A stretch of DNA of 64,000 bases from Antedon mediterranea (Eukaryota; Animalia; Echinodermata), in NCBI RefSeq assembly GCF_964355755.1, contig NC_092676.1:27546871-27610870 (forward strand), read 5' to 3'. Shown here piece by piece: positions 37,201-52,200 of the stretch. A model generated the notes under the pieces. The model ran no database searches, had not been told where the DNA came from, and saw only the letters and a program-made list of their open reading frames with translations. How positions within the stretch are numbered: position 1 is the stretch's first letter; every line of letters starts with the position of its first letter. The translations under genes were made by a program, and so were the position numbers.

Positions 37201-40200
37201 GCAATATTGCTAAACAAAATTTTTAAATGAAATTTTTTCCTGCACTGGTGGAAATGTTTTCTGTATGTTATTGTACGATTGATAGAATTTATTCAGAAAT
37301 AAAATTTAAGGGAAATAATAAAGAAACACTATCACGTTTATGTACTCAGCTGTAACAAACTGAATGTGATGTTGTTAAATTCCATTTAACTGATTTTATT
37401 TATTTTTAAATTTATTTCATAAAACCTCCAAAAGGAGAAGCAGTCTTGTACAACATACACTACAGTATAAAGTCAATGTAAAATATAAACATATTTAAAA
37501 TGGCAATAATAATCTGTAAATGCTATCTAAATCGTTATTAATAATACAAATTTCACTTAATAACTGATTCCAATTTATTAATGAATTTGATGCTATCACA
37601 AATTTTTGGAAAACAGTACATTGGTGGTAGAAAAAAGTATATAAAACATTGACAGTAGATAAAGCTACACTGTAATGTAATAAAGATTTGTAACCAATGA
37701 CTAATGTTATGGTTAATTAAAATTTATGATGATAGATATTCACATTTTTTATTGTTTCTGATATTGTGAAATGTCAGGTATTATATAAATAAACAGCTTA
37801 CTTCAAATAGTACAATTTATTGAGTGAGAGAGACTAGTGTGTTTAAAAATACCATTCCAATAATAACAATAGAAAACAGAAGATTCCCACAAAGCAGAGC
37901 TATTTATTTCAGATAATCATAGAATTACCTCAAGGCTAAATATTATACTAAATTACAATGTAAGGGTCACAGAGCTAGGGTCAGTTAAACTTGGCTTACT
38001 GTGACCCCTAGTTTTTAATATACTTAAAATCTATTTGTAGTTGACTTAAAACTTCCAGACTGAGATTTAGCCCATAGCTATTTAGTGAAGAAGTTTAATA
38101 GCAAAATAATGGGCCAAATGAACTATAATTATATTTACAAATTTCTACAATCTGTCTATAATTTGTAGGCACCATATTTTTATATTTTATTATTTTTTTC
38201 TTTCAATTCATTCAAACAGTTATTTTGCTACAGTACCTTATTTATATTTCTTTTTATTTATTTATTTGCTACAGTGTTGAGGCTACAAAATGGTATGTGA
38301 TTTACAGTATGCTTGTAGTAGATCATTGCTAACTTGTTAAAGTTGGTTGGTATTGGTAATAATATCGACACACCTTTAAAGCTATGTCCACACATCAAAC
38401 TTTAATGCAACAAAAAATGTGATGTGCCCATATATGGACATGATGATGTCATACCTCTACCATATTTGGGTACTGTATATTTCGGTGTATAAGTCGCACT
38501 TTTGACACGCAAATTTGACCTCTAAATTAAGGGTGTGTCTTATACACCGAATAAATGCCTCACCGCAGAGAGTGTACATATCGTCACCTCGTTGGCTAGG
38601 CCTGAGTAGGCTAGGCCTAGCTACAGTGTACTAAACGTAACGGCAACCTGCTTCTGCCTAGTTTTCAAGGCATTTTAGCGTGATGTTATACTAAATATGA
38701 TGAAAAGATTTGTTTATTATGGAGCTGTTTTAGGCGCTCCGATAAAATTTCATTTGTAAACGTTTACGATTGGAATAATATTTATTTCTAGTATACGCAC
38801 AATCGCCGACCGCCGTACCCCCAGCGCAAGCCCTTCTTGGCGGCCACATGTTGTACGGTATTCGACTAGGATATTCTCCAGGTGATTATAGCATGGACCT
38901 AGCGTACACACTTCTCGGATACATAGATACTAATCGAATACGATTGTCTGTGAAAACGTGCACCCTCTCGAAATGATCGAGCGAGGCTAGCCCACACACG
39001 TGCGTGTTACACACACGGTCATGCACTCGATGTTGCGGGTGCGAAACTCATGAATAACAAGTTAGAAACAACTTGTTGAGGCTGGGCGCGGCCGAGCCTA
39101 GTAAGAAAAAACCTAAATAAAGGACGCCGTTGTAGATATAACAAAATATATTATTACAATAATATTGATTACAATTTAAAAAAAACATTGTTTTGATGAA
39201 ATATAAGGTGCGTCTTATACATTGACAATATAAAAAATACCGATATTTTACTCTGAGTTAGGGGGTGCGTCTTATACACCGGTGCGACTTATACACCGAA
39301 ATATACGGTATATCATTACCATATTTTGGCACATCAACATTTTTTTGTCAAGCTAGTTTGATAGTGTAGACAGAGCTTTAGAATGAATTACAAGATAGTG
39401 GTATACACATCCCTCCATTTTGTTTGACATAAAAGATGACAAAAAAAGCGACTAATACCAAACAGCGATAGTATAAATTCAAACTTATTTAATAAATGCT
39501 ATGGACGGTTTTAGTTGACTAACTTCCGGGATGAGAACTAGTGGTCTGATGAGAGACGGTTGGTATTGGGGTTTGCTTGTAGATGTAATTGGAGGAAGAT
39601 GTGGGCTGAACATTCACATGCAATGTAAATTCTGAATTTTAAACAGTTGCTTTGCTAGGTTTGCAATCATTACTTTAAACCTATTTCTAAGAATTGATTT
39701 TCAGAATTCTAATTTGTTACAGTAATATTCATAGCCCAAGAAAATCAATTAAGGCTTGGTTATGCATTTCACAATGAATTTATATTCTCTGTTTTTAAAT
39801 CATGTAACAGAATGTGACACTGACAATAAATCTGGCAAAAGAGGAGAATGGCATTATATGGGGATAGAGGGAGGGTGTACTGTATGAGGTGGGAAGATCG
39901 GTGTAAGGAAGGAGATTGGGTATGATAAAAGCGGAGTGGGGTATGAGAATGGGGAAGATCAGTGTAAGGAAGGTGATGGTGTATGAGAAAGCAGAGTGGG
40001 GTACGAGAAAGGGGAAGATCAGTGTAAGAAAGGAGATGGGGTATGAAAAAGCAGAGTGGGGTATGAGAAAGGGGAAGATCAGTGTAAGAAAGGAGATGAG
40101 GTATGAGAAAGCAGAGTGGGGTACGAGAAAGGGGAAGATCAGTGTAAGAAAGGAGATGGGGTATGAGAAAGCAGAGTGGGGTACGAGAAAGGGGAAGATC

Positions 40201-43200
40201 AGTGTAAGAAAGGAGATGAAGTATGAGAAAGCAGAGTGGAGTATGAGAAAGCAGAGTGGGGTACGAGAAAGGGGAAGATCAGTGTAAGAAAGGAGATGGG
40301 GTATGAGAAAGCAGAGTGGGGTTCAAGAGAGTGTTTTGTTCAAATACTACACAAAAACATGCAAACACATATTGGCTCACTAGATAAGTGGGCGTGGTCA
40401 CCAAGTTTATTTTAAGGTCTTGTATAGTTATTCCGAGACTCAATATTAGTAAAAAGATTATATTTTGGCACATGGCGTTTCATATGTATACTACTTGAGC
40501 TTGTAGTTTTCAGACAAAAATCGAAAAGCTGACTGGTGAACTAACAAAACTAGACAATAACACAATTGGGGCCAGTATAAATTTCTACTAAAGTAAAATT
40601 ACCCTTAAGAATACACCCTCTGTTCATATGCCACCACCCACCCTATTTTTGATACTTCAACCTTAATATTTGTGCAACAGCTTTAGTATATTAATGTACC
40701 GTATTTTCCGGAGTATAGGTCGAGACTTTGTGGGAAAATTTTAATTGCAAAATCGGGGGGTCGACTTATACTCCGACCATGCGATTTTTGAAAAAAATCA
40801 AGCCGAAAAAATTCGTTCAAAAGCCGTCAGCTGTCAAGGCCTAGCAAGGTCAGTGGCCTATCATCAATCACTCACAGGAGTTTTCAATTTAATAATACCT
40901 ACATTGTACAAAATAATACAACTCCAACAAGTACTGGTACAAGTACTATTAATATATAACAAAGATTAATTTTGATGTTTATATTACGCTTTTATTAAAA
41001 TAATTAAGAATAAATAGTTTTCGTTTGTGTTTCATATGCTTCGTATTCACTCGCGAAAACATCGTAACACACACCACAAAACGAACTACACGATGTTGGA
41101 ATGTCCATGCAGCATGTTTGTTATTGCGCGATATTTTCATCTATACACATGCGCAGTTTGTTTGTTTGTTCGTAATTACAATTACTGCGCATGTCTATTC
41201 ATAAAATAAATTCTCCTCAGTCCGGCGCGTGTACATTTACAGATAACGCGATTTACAACTACTCGCCTGTACAATAATAAGCCTCCCAACGAAAAACTCG
41301 TTTTAATTTATTCGAGTGACGCGAAAAAACATCGCTGATGGCAAGTACTGTAACGCTACATCGCTGTCATTTATTATAGGCTGGCGAAGACGGCGGCGAA
41401 GCCGTTGTGATTACGTCCGTCCGATATTGATTAGGCCTACACTTTAATAATTGTATAAACAAACAACCACATTTCATACATTTCTAGCCTTCTTTGAACT
41501 TTAAAGTAAGTTGTGTTATTAGCCGATTTTGGGGGTCGACTTATATTCAGGTCATACCAAAATCAACGATATTCTAGGTCAAAGTTGGGGGTCGACTTAT
41601 ACTTGGGGTCGACCTATACTCCGGAAAATACGGTAATGTTGATTGATACAATCATCTGGAGGATGATACAACAATGTCTATTTTATGCAAAATTCAAAAC
41701 ATAAATTAAGGAATTATCTACTGTAGTCATCAGTTTGCTGACCTCTGTATCAGAATACTGATTAGCCTAATGATGATGAAACCAAGGAGATGTTAATCGG
41801 GGAATAATTACTGTGGGATGATGGGAGAAGGCAATTTAGTTGCATTAAAACTACTTGGAAAATAAAACAACATTCATCTATCGTAGTAGTCTTGTTTAAA
41901 AAAAATAAAAACTGAAACTAAAACATTTGCCAAGGTTGATTTGGAACATTAATACTTCATTAAAATCCTTTTTAATTTTAGACCTTATTTATTTTAATTA
42001 GAATGCATTGAATAAGAAAATATATAACATAATTGATTATTTGATAATAATATTCATGACTTTTAAATCTAGAAAATGTTTCTGTGCATCCCGCGACAAA
42101 TTTAAAATGAACCCTTGCTCATTTCACGATTTTGTGTCGCATCCCCACCAGCGCAGAGTTGTATAAAGACAATACAAGGAACCTAAGACGTCAATGCACA
42201 AAGTTTACAAATATAAACAATTACCAGTTAATATTTTTTTAATAATAAATAATCTACCATGATATTTATAAAGATAATAAATCACCTAAGTTATTTCTAT
42301 ATTTATACTATACTACTATGCCTGTGCAGAAACTATGAAATATATACAGTATAATAAAATGCGAAAAATAATATTAAATGTTGACAAGGGTGCTAAAACT
42401 AACCAGGCGGGATTACACGGTTCAGTACATTCTACATTAATTTTCTTTTTATATTCGCTAAACATTATTATTTATCTTAACAGAAATTCAGATCACAAAT
42501 TTGTCTTAGTTTATCCATAAAATTGCAATTTTAAAGAAACAAATTTGATATTATCAGAATACTAAAAGTATTAATATGTAACAGAGTTGATCTTTTAGTC
42601 AAAAGTGGCTTTGTGTAATGTAGCATAAATTATCGGTTGTCCGTTGTCGTTCAGAAATACCTGGTCAAATATTTGCTCTGTCCTTCCCTGCATGTGAGGC
42701 TAATACTTCGTCTTTTGATGCTTAATCAATAGATGTGCATCATTTTAATACATGTTGTGAAAATATAAATGGCATATTATTATTATTATATTATTAGTGG
42801 TATTTTAGTGACATGGGATTTTTGTCTTTTGATGGTGAAGTATCACTAGATGTCCATCACTTCTATCTATACATTTTGTGAAATATAAATGGCATTTTAT
42901 CATTATTATTATTAGTTGTATTCTAATTTTTAGTGACATTTGATTTTCTAACACTGATTTTGCAAATTTTATTCTTACAATTACATTTTATTTGCCATTG
43001 TATTCATGTTTAAATTAAATTTCAAATCAAGCATGTAAAAGACGATATGTTAAAATTAATATGACCTAGCGAGTGAGATAGGCCGACAAGTGTATATTCC
43101 TCAATTGAACATAATTAGCAACTTATGCCGCGTAGCAGTGCAGATTAGAAACTTGAATTATGCAAATGATATGCTAATTTGTGAGAATACAAATCTTGCA

Positions 43201-46200
43201 CATGGGATGGTAAATGGCATATCATGATGAGCAGTCAAGCACTGTATCTATCCATGTTTAGTAGGTGTCTGTGGCATATTGTATTGAAACCGATTTTTTA
43301 AATGATATGTACATGTACTGTACAACCTAGATTGAATTAATGCAAATGATATGTTAATGTATGTAAATGTTATGTAACTACCTGCTCTTCTTGTTTAATT
43401 ATTGAGGTAATTGATTACTTTAGGCCCGTGATAGTATGCATGGGTAATTCGTTCCCTGGTACACTCACGTTCAAAGCTAAGTAGTAGAGTATCATTGATT
43501 TTGTAGTTGGTAAACTGTACTGCGTTATTCTATCTCAATGTTGTATGTTGTTTAAGTAACGGTAAGTGCCAAATTTCGTATCTTGCCATTTTGTCGTAAA
43601 TTTGAAATTTGAATAAATGATATTTAATGTCTAGGTTAAATGATCAAATTTCAAGTATAGAGTTGTTATTATACATACACAGTATGATTTAGAAATTTGG
43701 ACTTTTTAATATGCATAATACAGTAGGTAGACAATATGTATTAAAAATACATGTAGGGTCAACACCGTAGTCGGTCTATTTAGGGTTCGGATCTAGCTTG
43801 GAATGATATCCTGATATCTGAAGCTAAATTAATTATTAAATGTTCACTAGAAAGAATAGTATTAATTTATTACATTTACACCCCCCAATTTAGGATTATG
43901 AAATTCTATTTTTTGTAATTGTTTACTCAGTTATATTACTTATTAGTAATAAATACAATCAAAATGAGTGTAGTAATTTTAACATTATAGCCATATCACT
44001 TTTTAGAATTTCATGGATTTTTTAAAACTGTCACGACACAATGTGATACCTACTGGTATACAGAAATTTAGATTAAAGATACAGTTTATGTACAGCCAGA
44101 AATAGAGAGTGCATTGAAATGGTTCACAATCTGTTTATTATCAAAGTACAGGAGTGCTAGAATGCCAGATTATTACATGGCGACCTCTCGCACAGTGAGA
44201 CAGTCAGTTGACTGACTGACCATTCCACAGTTATTGTTGCTAGCTGAGATATTATCTCACTTTACTTTACCTAGGTCACTGTCATAAATTAGCTAGCAGA
44301 GCTGGTAAAGGCAGTCATTCACTAGGCTTTGACCAGGTGAGGCTGCCGCCAAGCAGCCGGCCCGGCCGGCTCATGTCATCTGCTCAGTAGTCATGCCCAG
44401 TTGGGTGTATTGGTAAGTGTTAGTTTGTTCATTTAGCAGCTTAGATGTTCACGATACACTATGATTATTTTTTCTGTTTTAAACATAAAAAGCTTGGTAT
44501 TAATTGTTAATGGTTTAGAATTATTCAAAAGTAAATTTCAACCTTAATAGTCGTTACAATTTAATTTATTTTGCATCGTGTTCTAAAGAAATGAAAAAAA
44601 TTAAATGCTTTAGTTGAATAATTGAAAATTACTTTATTAATTTGGCTGGTTCTAGGTACAGATTCATCAGAATTTCTGCATGCAAATATATGATCAAGCC
44701 ATTTTCAACGACCTTTTACATTGCATTGCAGCGTATAAAAGATAAGACATATCCAATTGACAATTGAAGAATCGGCAGGAGTTGCCTTCAAGGCTCAAAA
44801 TAATAATAATTATTAGAAGAAATAATTTGTAGAGAATAATAAGGACACATTAGACAGTTTGTAGATATTAATCCAAGCTTGAGGCATTTTTCAAATGACA
44901 ATCATGATTGCAACTACTCGCTGCAAACACTGTATCTCTGCCATTTCTCAACGTTGTTTGCTACTACTATACCTATTCGTTGTCAATTAGAAAATACCTA
45001 ATCAAAAGCGTGTTGTAATTGAATAATTATTAACTATCTTTCACTGTTGATCAATTGAAGAATAGAAAATAGAACAGGAAGTGTGTGTGTGATTATTAAA
45101 GTGTACTACATGTTTTCATTTCTGTCTTGATATTAGTAATGTGCTCACGATCTACGATGCTGATTATACCCTTGTTAAGTTTACTATTCATTAGCCCATG
45201 TGATTTACTGTACTGTATACTAGATAATAAATGTTGATCACTACACACGACGGTGAGAAATTCCAAGAACAATACATTTTTCAGAACCGATTCTTATGCT
45301 GTTTTATCTGGGCCACCGTATTTCGTAAAATTTGCGCCGCACCTTTAGGCAGTTACAGAATTTCCAACCACTTTTATTCAAATCTCATCAGTGATATCAT
45401 GGTGATATACATCTTTCGAAAGAAAGTTATAAACCTACTGTATTATAGTTATATTTGTACATGCAAATTTCATTACATCAAGTGTGACAGTGATTTAAAC
45501 AAAAACACCAAGACAATTGTGTTAACTTTTACTAGTGACAGTAGAATAAATAAAAGATAATAATGATTCCCTTTTATACTGAATCATTTCTACTAATAAT
45601 ATTCTAGGTCAGGGCTGAGTACGTTGAAGCGTTTAATAATTCAATACAATACAAGTGAGATGAACACCGACTGCTAATATACATACTGCTCTAATATGAC
45701 AGATATGCACGAATAGTAATAATATGCCATAAGTTAGTATTTGGTACATAGTCTTGACAGACCCCTTATTTTTGTATTGCTGGATCACATAGTGCTTTGA
45801 ACTGGTGTAGTTATACTTATATTATAGGATCTGTCTACACTATCAAACTAGTTTGACAAAAGTGTGATGTGCTCAAATATGGTGTTGATTTGCACAAATA
45901 TGGTGGTGATATGCCCAAATATGGTAATGATATGCCCAAATATGGTAGAGATATGACATCACACATCACATTCTTTTTTTCACATAATGTTTGATAGTGT
46001 AGACATAGCTTTACTACAGTAAGTTTATCCTTTATATTATTCTTGCTATAAATAGTGAAATAATAATTTAAAAAAAAATATTAATTTGAATATTATGCTG
46101 TCACTGTACAATAAACCCATTAAATTCAGGAAAAAGAAGAGAAAATGTAATAGAAAAATAGCTAAAATGGTCAAAAGAATGACTGAGTTTAACTGTGTTG

Positions 46201-49200
46201 ACACCCATTAATATTTTAAGGAGTTTTCTATCTTGGCCACTATCACCTGTTTTGACAGTCAATCAATAATTATAGTGCAAGAATTGTTTAGTTCTCTGAC
46301 AGATCTCATTGCACTTTAGGCCTGTCCAGTATGTTTCATCTATTTCTCAACGAATGACCTAATTCAGTAAAATCTTTCGGATGCTATACCACTTGCGTGT
46401 GCGTGTTGACGTACACTTTGACAGTCATTTTTTTTCTACCGGATAAAGCAGTAAGTTTTAGAAATATAAATCTGTTCTATTGTACTGTAGTTACATTATG
46501 TCAATCAAATATCTCATATGCTCTTCAAGTTGTCATTCTAAATTATTCTAATTTCTATTTTGGTTGGGAAGGATCCCTTAAATCCCCAACCACACATTGG
46601 TAAAAATGTAAAAAAAAAATAAATAAAAAAAATAAACAATCACATCTTTTTTCCTTTCTAATTAACAATAAAACTTGAAAAGAAATGGATTGTTTTCAGT
46701 TTGATCAAGACCATGATTAAAAAAGAAATGTTTTAAAAAATCAGCCAATTTTTACTTTTGACTGTTTAACTGCCATTAAAATGCTGACCTCTTGACCTCT
46801 GTAAATTATTGAGTATCAAGTTGTTTTTGTACAGTACTGTGATTGCCATCATACTATAATGCTATGTTTGTGCACAACAGGATTTTAAACCATGAATTGA
46901 AATACCTTGTGCAATACCTATTTCGTGGCTGTATAGCAAGTCTTGGTGTATGCAGTGTGTGTATCTTGTATTAGGTATCCCAATGAAAGCGCACAGAGGG
47001 GTATCACTTTTGAAATATTGACGAAATTCGAAAAAGTAGTATGACTTTGATGTTAAATAAATCGTATTCAATCTTAATTAATACTTACAAAATTTATATT
47101 GTTTGAAAGTACTTGTTTTAATCTATGTATAAGTGTGTTTATAATTAAAATTAATGAATTAGTTGCCGAGAAAATGCGATTTTAAAACGGTTCTAAAATC
47201 CCGTCGAGCCGATTTCCGCGCGTTGAAAACCTCATCGGAAAATCCCCATCAGTTTTCAAAACACGATCGCACGATTACCATTGGAGCTAGCGGATTAATT
47301 TTTGTTGTATGTTATCAGGCTTTAAATAAGCTTTAATTTGATACGAAAATCGTCTTCTATAAATAGGTTTTTCGTAACGAAAAGTCAATTTTTGTGACAA
47401 AAATCCAATTTTGATTCACCGTTTATGGAAAAATATTATGGATTTTGGTATTAAATTATAGCTAAATCTACATTGAAATCGATAAAACATAGTTTACAAA
47501 CGTATTGTGCATGGTAATTGTGCGAACTACATTTTAAAATGGTGCATGAGGCGTAAATCCCGTTCAAAATTTTAAAGATCCAACCATTATAATCCGGTGA
47601 ATATTGTAGTGAGTAAAATATTGTACTCTAAAATACGCGGGTGTTTGTTGTGGCGTTTTCCGTTAAATACATTAATGCACCCTATCAGCGAATGGTACGT
47701 TCCATATTTTGAACACGTTGTTTAGTTTTCCTCGCTCGAGTTCGACCGGCTCGACGCGAGATGTGTGACAGCAGCGATGTCGGAGATTGACATGTCCTTT
47801 TCCGTCGTAGAATATCTGGTTTTACACATTAATTTAACAACTTAAAATTGATGTAATGTGCGGAAGATTTATTATGCAAGTATACAATGCAAATGCGTTA
47901 GATTAAAATGTACCGAGGAAATTTATTAAGCTAATTTACCAACGTTACATTTGACTCTGTATACGGCGGCCGAAAGTCATTAACTGCGACCGAAATACTT
48001 TAACGGGAGCGACTACTGATCGCGAGTAAGCCGTGACTTGGCCTAAACTTTAGCTCCGTATTTCAATTTAATAACGTAATAATACGAAAAGAAAACAATT
48101 TTTATAATGTTATATATACTATTCAGGTAAACAATTAATTGTTTTAATTAACATTGATTATTTTAAATGAGTTTATTTTGACCCATATTGTGCGTTTGCC
48201 TTAAAAGAGCATATCTTACTTAGCAGCCCGGCTTAGATTTGGTGTCATAATCATATGGGCCTAAAATCTTGTTTTACGTATTCAAAAGTTATAAATAATA
48301 GTATTTATGATTGAAATTATAAATATAAAGTATATTAAAATATTCTAATAATTATACTTACCGAAAATTAGTGTAAAAGAAAGGAAACAGTACATCACAC
48401 CGTTTTTAACATACTTTTTCATTTTTTTTTTTATAATTTTAAATTTCACCATTAAAAAAATTTTTTTTTTCATATACACATCTAAAATATATTTATTAAT
48501 GAAATATACACTACATTCTAACAAGTACAAAAAAAATTAAATGAATTAGTACAGTAGTTCAAAAGTTACAGATCATTGAAAAATTGCAGTTTTTTCATTT
48601 TTTAGGGAATTCCAGCAAAAATGGGCGTTAAATGCTTTCCTACCACTTTGCGGACCAATAATTTAAAAAATAGGTTTCGTTGAGGCTCCAAAAAAAATAG
48701 AGTTGTACAACTCTGTGATATCTATAGGTTTAACAAAATTCAAAACTTTTAACTAATTATTGTAAAAGTTATAACCTTTTAAAAATGCTTCCAATTTCAA
48801 CTGCAAAAAACACAATTTTTAGGCAAAAAATCGTATATTTTTTTACCACTTTAAATAACCATAACTTTAGAACGGGTAATCGGATTTCAATCATTTAAAT
48901 TGCAAAATGGTAATTACATTAAGTTCTTTATGGTTAACTGAAAGAAAATGTAAAAAAATTAATCTGAATTTTTTCATTGGGATACCTACTTGTATACTAC
49001 ATGGGAAAAAAGGAAAAATCTTTGCTAAGGTATTCTACAAAATACAATACACATACAGTAGATGCATATACCTTGACAATGTTTAAAATAAATTGGTAAA
49101 CTTAGAACATTATACAGGGTCACTTTGCATATTATAGCATACTTACCCGAAAGGTCATATAAGGGTCATATGACCTCTCTGTCACAGAGAGCTGGAAAGT

Positions 49201-52200
49201 ATAGAGAAGCTATGTGCAGTAAAAAGTGATATAAACAGTACGATTTGACATCTGATCTAGAAAGGAATGTGCAAATTATCACATGTTCTTTTTAGTACAT
49301 GGTTTATCTTTAGTCTAGTCTAGTAGTAATTTCTACAGTTTAGTCAGATACAGATTCCTTTTATTATGCAGTATAATGGAAACTACAGTGCTCATATCTT
49401 GACTTGCCTTAACTAAATATAAAGGAAAAAAAGAACTATCTATTACAAATCTTTTATTATAATTTCATATCCCAGCTGGGTAGAACGAGTTATCCACGAG
49501 TAGATTGTTAGTTAATTTTTAATAATGAAAAATCAAGCCCTCAAAATGAATGTCGGTAATATTTATATGTAAATATCGGTTGATGGCTGTAAGTTATTAT
49601 TTTTATTGTCAAATTATCACTAAAGAAATATCAGACTAAATTATTTATATCGGTGTTAAATTATTTTTTTGTTTGTTAATTCCTACGGTTTAAACAAAGC
49701 CTATCGTATCTTTCCTCGTATCATTCTCGTGGGTATTTATGCGTAGAGATGCCTTGTGTGCCGTGGTATTGACGGAGAAGATTACGTTCTGCCATTGTAT
49801 CAGTACATTGGTATGTTAGAATCTTCAATGTTTTCCAGTAGGCATGGCGATAGAGGATCATAATCATTTCTATAATTATCAGGTTTACACAGAAATGTTT
49901 AAACTGATAATTATGTTGTTTACACAGAAGGTCATAGTTCAAGCTCCCAAATTTATGCTAATATTATCTCTTGTCCTCTCATTTGTCGCATCTGAAAGTT
50001 ACTCTCTGCTGAATTTCGGATTAATTTTGAACTATTAAAGGGACCCATGCATAAGGATTGTCCTGTTCTACTTGATAAAATCTGTTAAAATATCTCGTTT
50101 GTTCATGGCAATTTCTCCTCTGAATAGGAGGGGTTTAATGTAATGTAGTATGAAATTATATTTGTAGTCAGGTGCCTTGTAAACACTCCTGTTTTTGCTG
50201 GAAAACTCTCACTTTTTAACCTCCCCATCCCCCTTATCTTTAGTATTGCGTACAGTAATTTATGGTATGTTAATGAATTATATTATCTTTCAAGTGAGCT
50301 CATTAGTTAATGTAGTTCTCCTTTTCAGTATTAAAGCTTGAGGTTAATCAGATAAGCAAGTATTTCCTGACATTCATGATCATCATCATAATTTATTTAA
50401 GATTCCAGAAGGTTAATTAGTTTGATATTTGCAGTTGGCTAATTACTTGCAGTTTGTTAATTAATTAATGACGGTGAATTAATTATTAAGAAATGGCTTT
50501 CTTCATTTTATGTTTGTCATATGTGCGATGATGTCATAAAAGTAAAAGTCATAATATCGACTTGGTTATAAGGTTCATTATTCATAAGAATGGTTAGTGT
50601 TTACAGTAGGACTACAGCATTGAATTACACTGCTGCAGTTGATTGCATACCTCAAAACAGTCAGCCAGTCACTCAGTCAACTGATATAGGCCTATCAAGC
50701 CGTAGCGGCCGGCTTCATTAACATTTTCAACTGGACAAGGTGTGTCTGTCCACTAGTACTCAACAAGTTCTAGGCTTAATATTACCTGTAAGTTTCTATC
50801 ATTGTTTATAAGATTGAGAATCAGGAAGCTAGCTGTAGGATCTGGGATTGCTAGGCCAAGCCTTTCTTTTTTGTTCATCCACTTTTGACCCTTTAGTTCA
50901 TATACTGACTGTAGTTGTATGTCCTGGTTTGACTACAAAGGCAGTGAGTGAAAAACTCTATTTAGTTCTGTCTCAAGCAATCCTTTTATTTGATATCAGA
51001 CGTGCAACCATACTTATTTTTGTGTTTGTGCGATGGATTAAAAAAAGGTATTTTATTATGCAAAGGCTGGTATTTGATAAATGTATTAATTAGAGGTGCA
51101 GATAACTAATGATGGAAATGATCTATTGGAGTAAAGGAATTGTACCAAAAATAAGGTGTGTACATGTAGATATAATTTAGATTTGGTAAGTAATAACACT
51201 TCTTCAAACCACACATGTATCTAGTACTAGTACAGTTTAGTACAGTTATGTACAGTAAGTACTGGTATTTTGTACATTGTCATTTCATAAATTATGGAAA
51301 CAATCTATTGGAGAATGGAATTGTACCAAAAATAAGGTTTGTATTGTAGATATAATTTAGATTGAGTAAGCAACACACCTTCCCCTTCAAACCACATGTA
51401 CTCAGACTTATGTACTGTATAGTAGTAGTAGTAATATTATCAATTCATAAATTTTCTACTATTTTTTGAATCAATATCAACCTGTTTGTGTGAAACAATT
51501 TTTTGAGGCCCACCTGAATATATGTATTTAGAATTCAAGTGTTCTTTAAATAAAAGCAATCAATCAACCTATTATATAGTTGACCTCTTGTTCCTGGTAC
51601 AGCATTCATACTATTCACAAATATTACTGACACAAACATATTTTTCACAGTATATGAAATCACTGAATTAAACATTGAAATATTATACTGTACATTCTTC
51701 CTGTTCTATAAATTATAAGACACATTTGCAAAACTTCTAGGACATTCTTGGATAACTCAGATTTTGAAGTGCCTCAAAATCAAAGGCCGGAGTAGGATGC
51801 CCGATTCAATCAATCAATATATAACTTTTGCTTAAAACCATGTTCAACTTTAGGCCGTTGCCAATATACAGTAATCTCCCTAAACAATGCTACTTTTAAT
51901 ACTTACAATATTATATGTTTTCATCTTTTCCATTGATTGTAAACCTCTAACTAAACTTTCCAGTATTTTATTATTCAACTTCTGTTTCCAATAATAGTCA
52001 ATATAAACAATTAATTTTTATTTTTATCATTACTGTAAATAATCATTGTATATATTTTATAATTTATATTTATATTGGTCTTGTTTTTTTTGTTTGTAAA
52101 AATCTACTGTAATATTATACCTTATTGTGGTTACCATTATAAAAAATGTACGATTGATTGAATAAAGTTCACAAAGTTCAAAAAAAAAAAAAAATACTAA

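Noticed and set aside
39916-40287. 123-aa repetitive ORF (KGKISVRKEMGYEKAEWGTR)n and CRISPR-like periodicity
   Set aside because: It is the translation of a 60-bp minisatellite. There are no unique spacers, no cas genes and no splice support.
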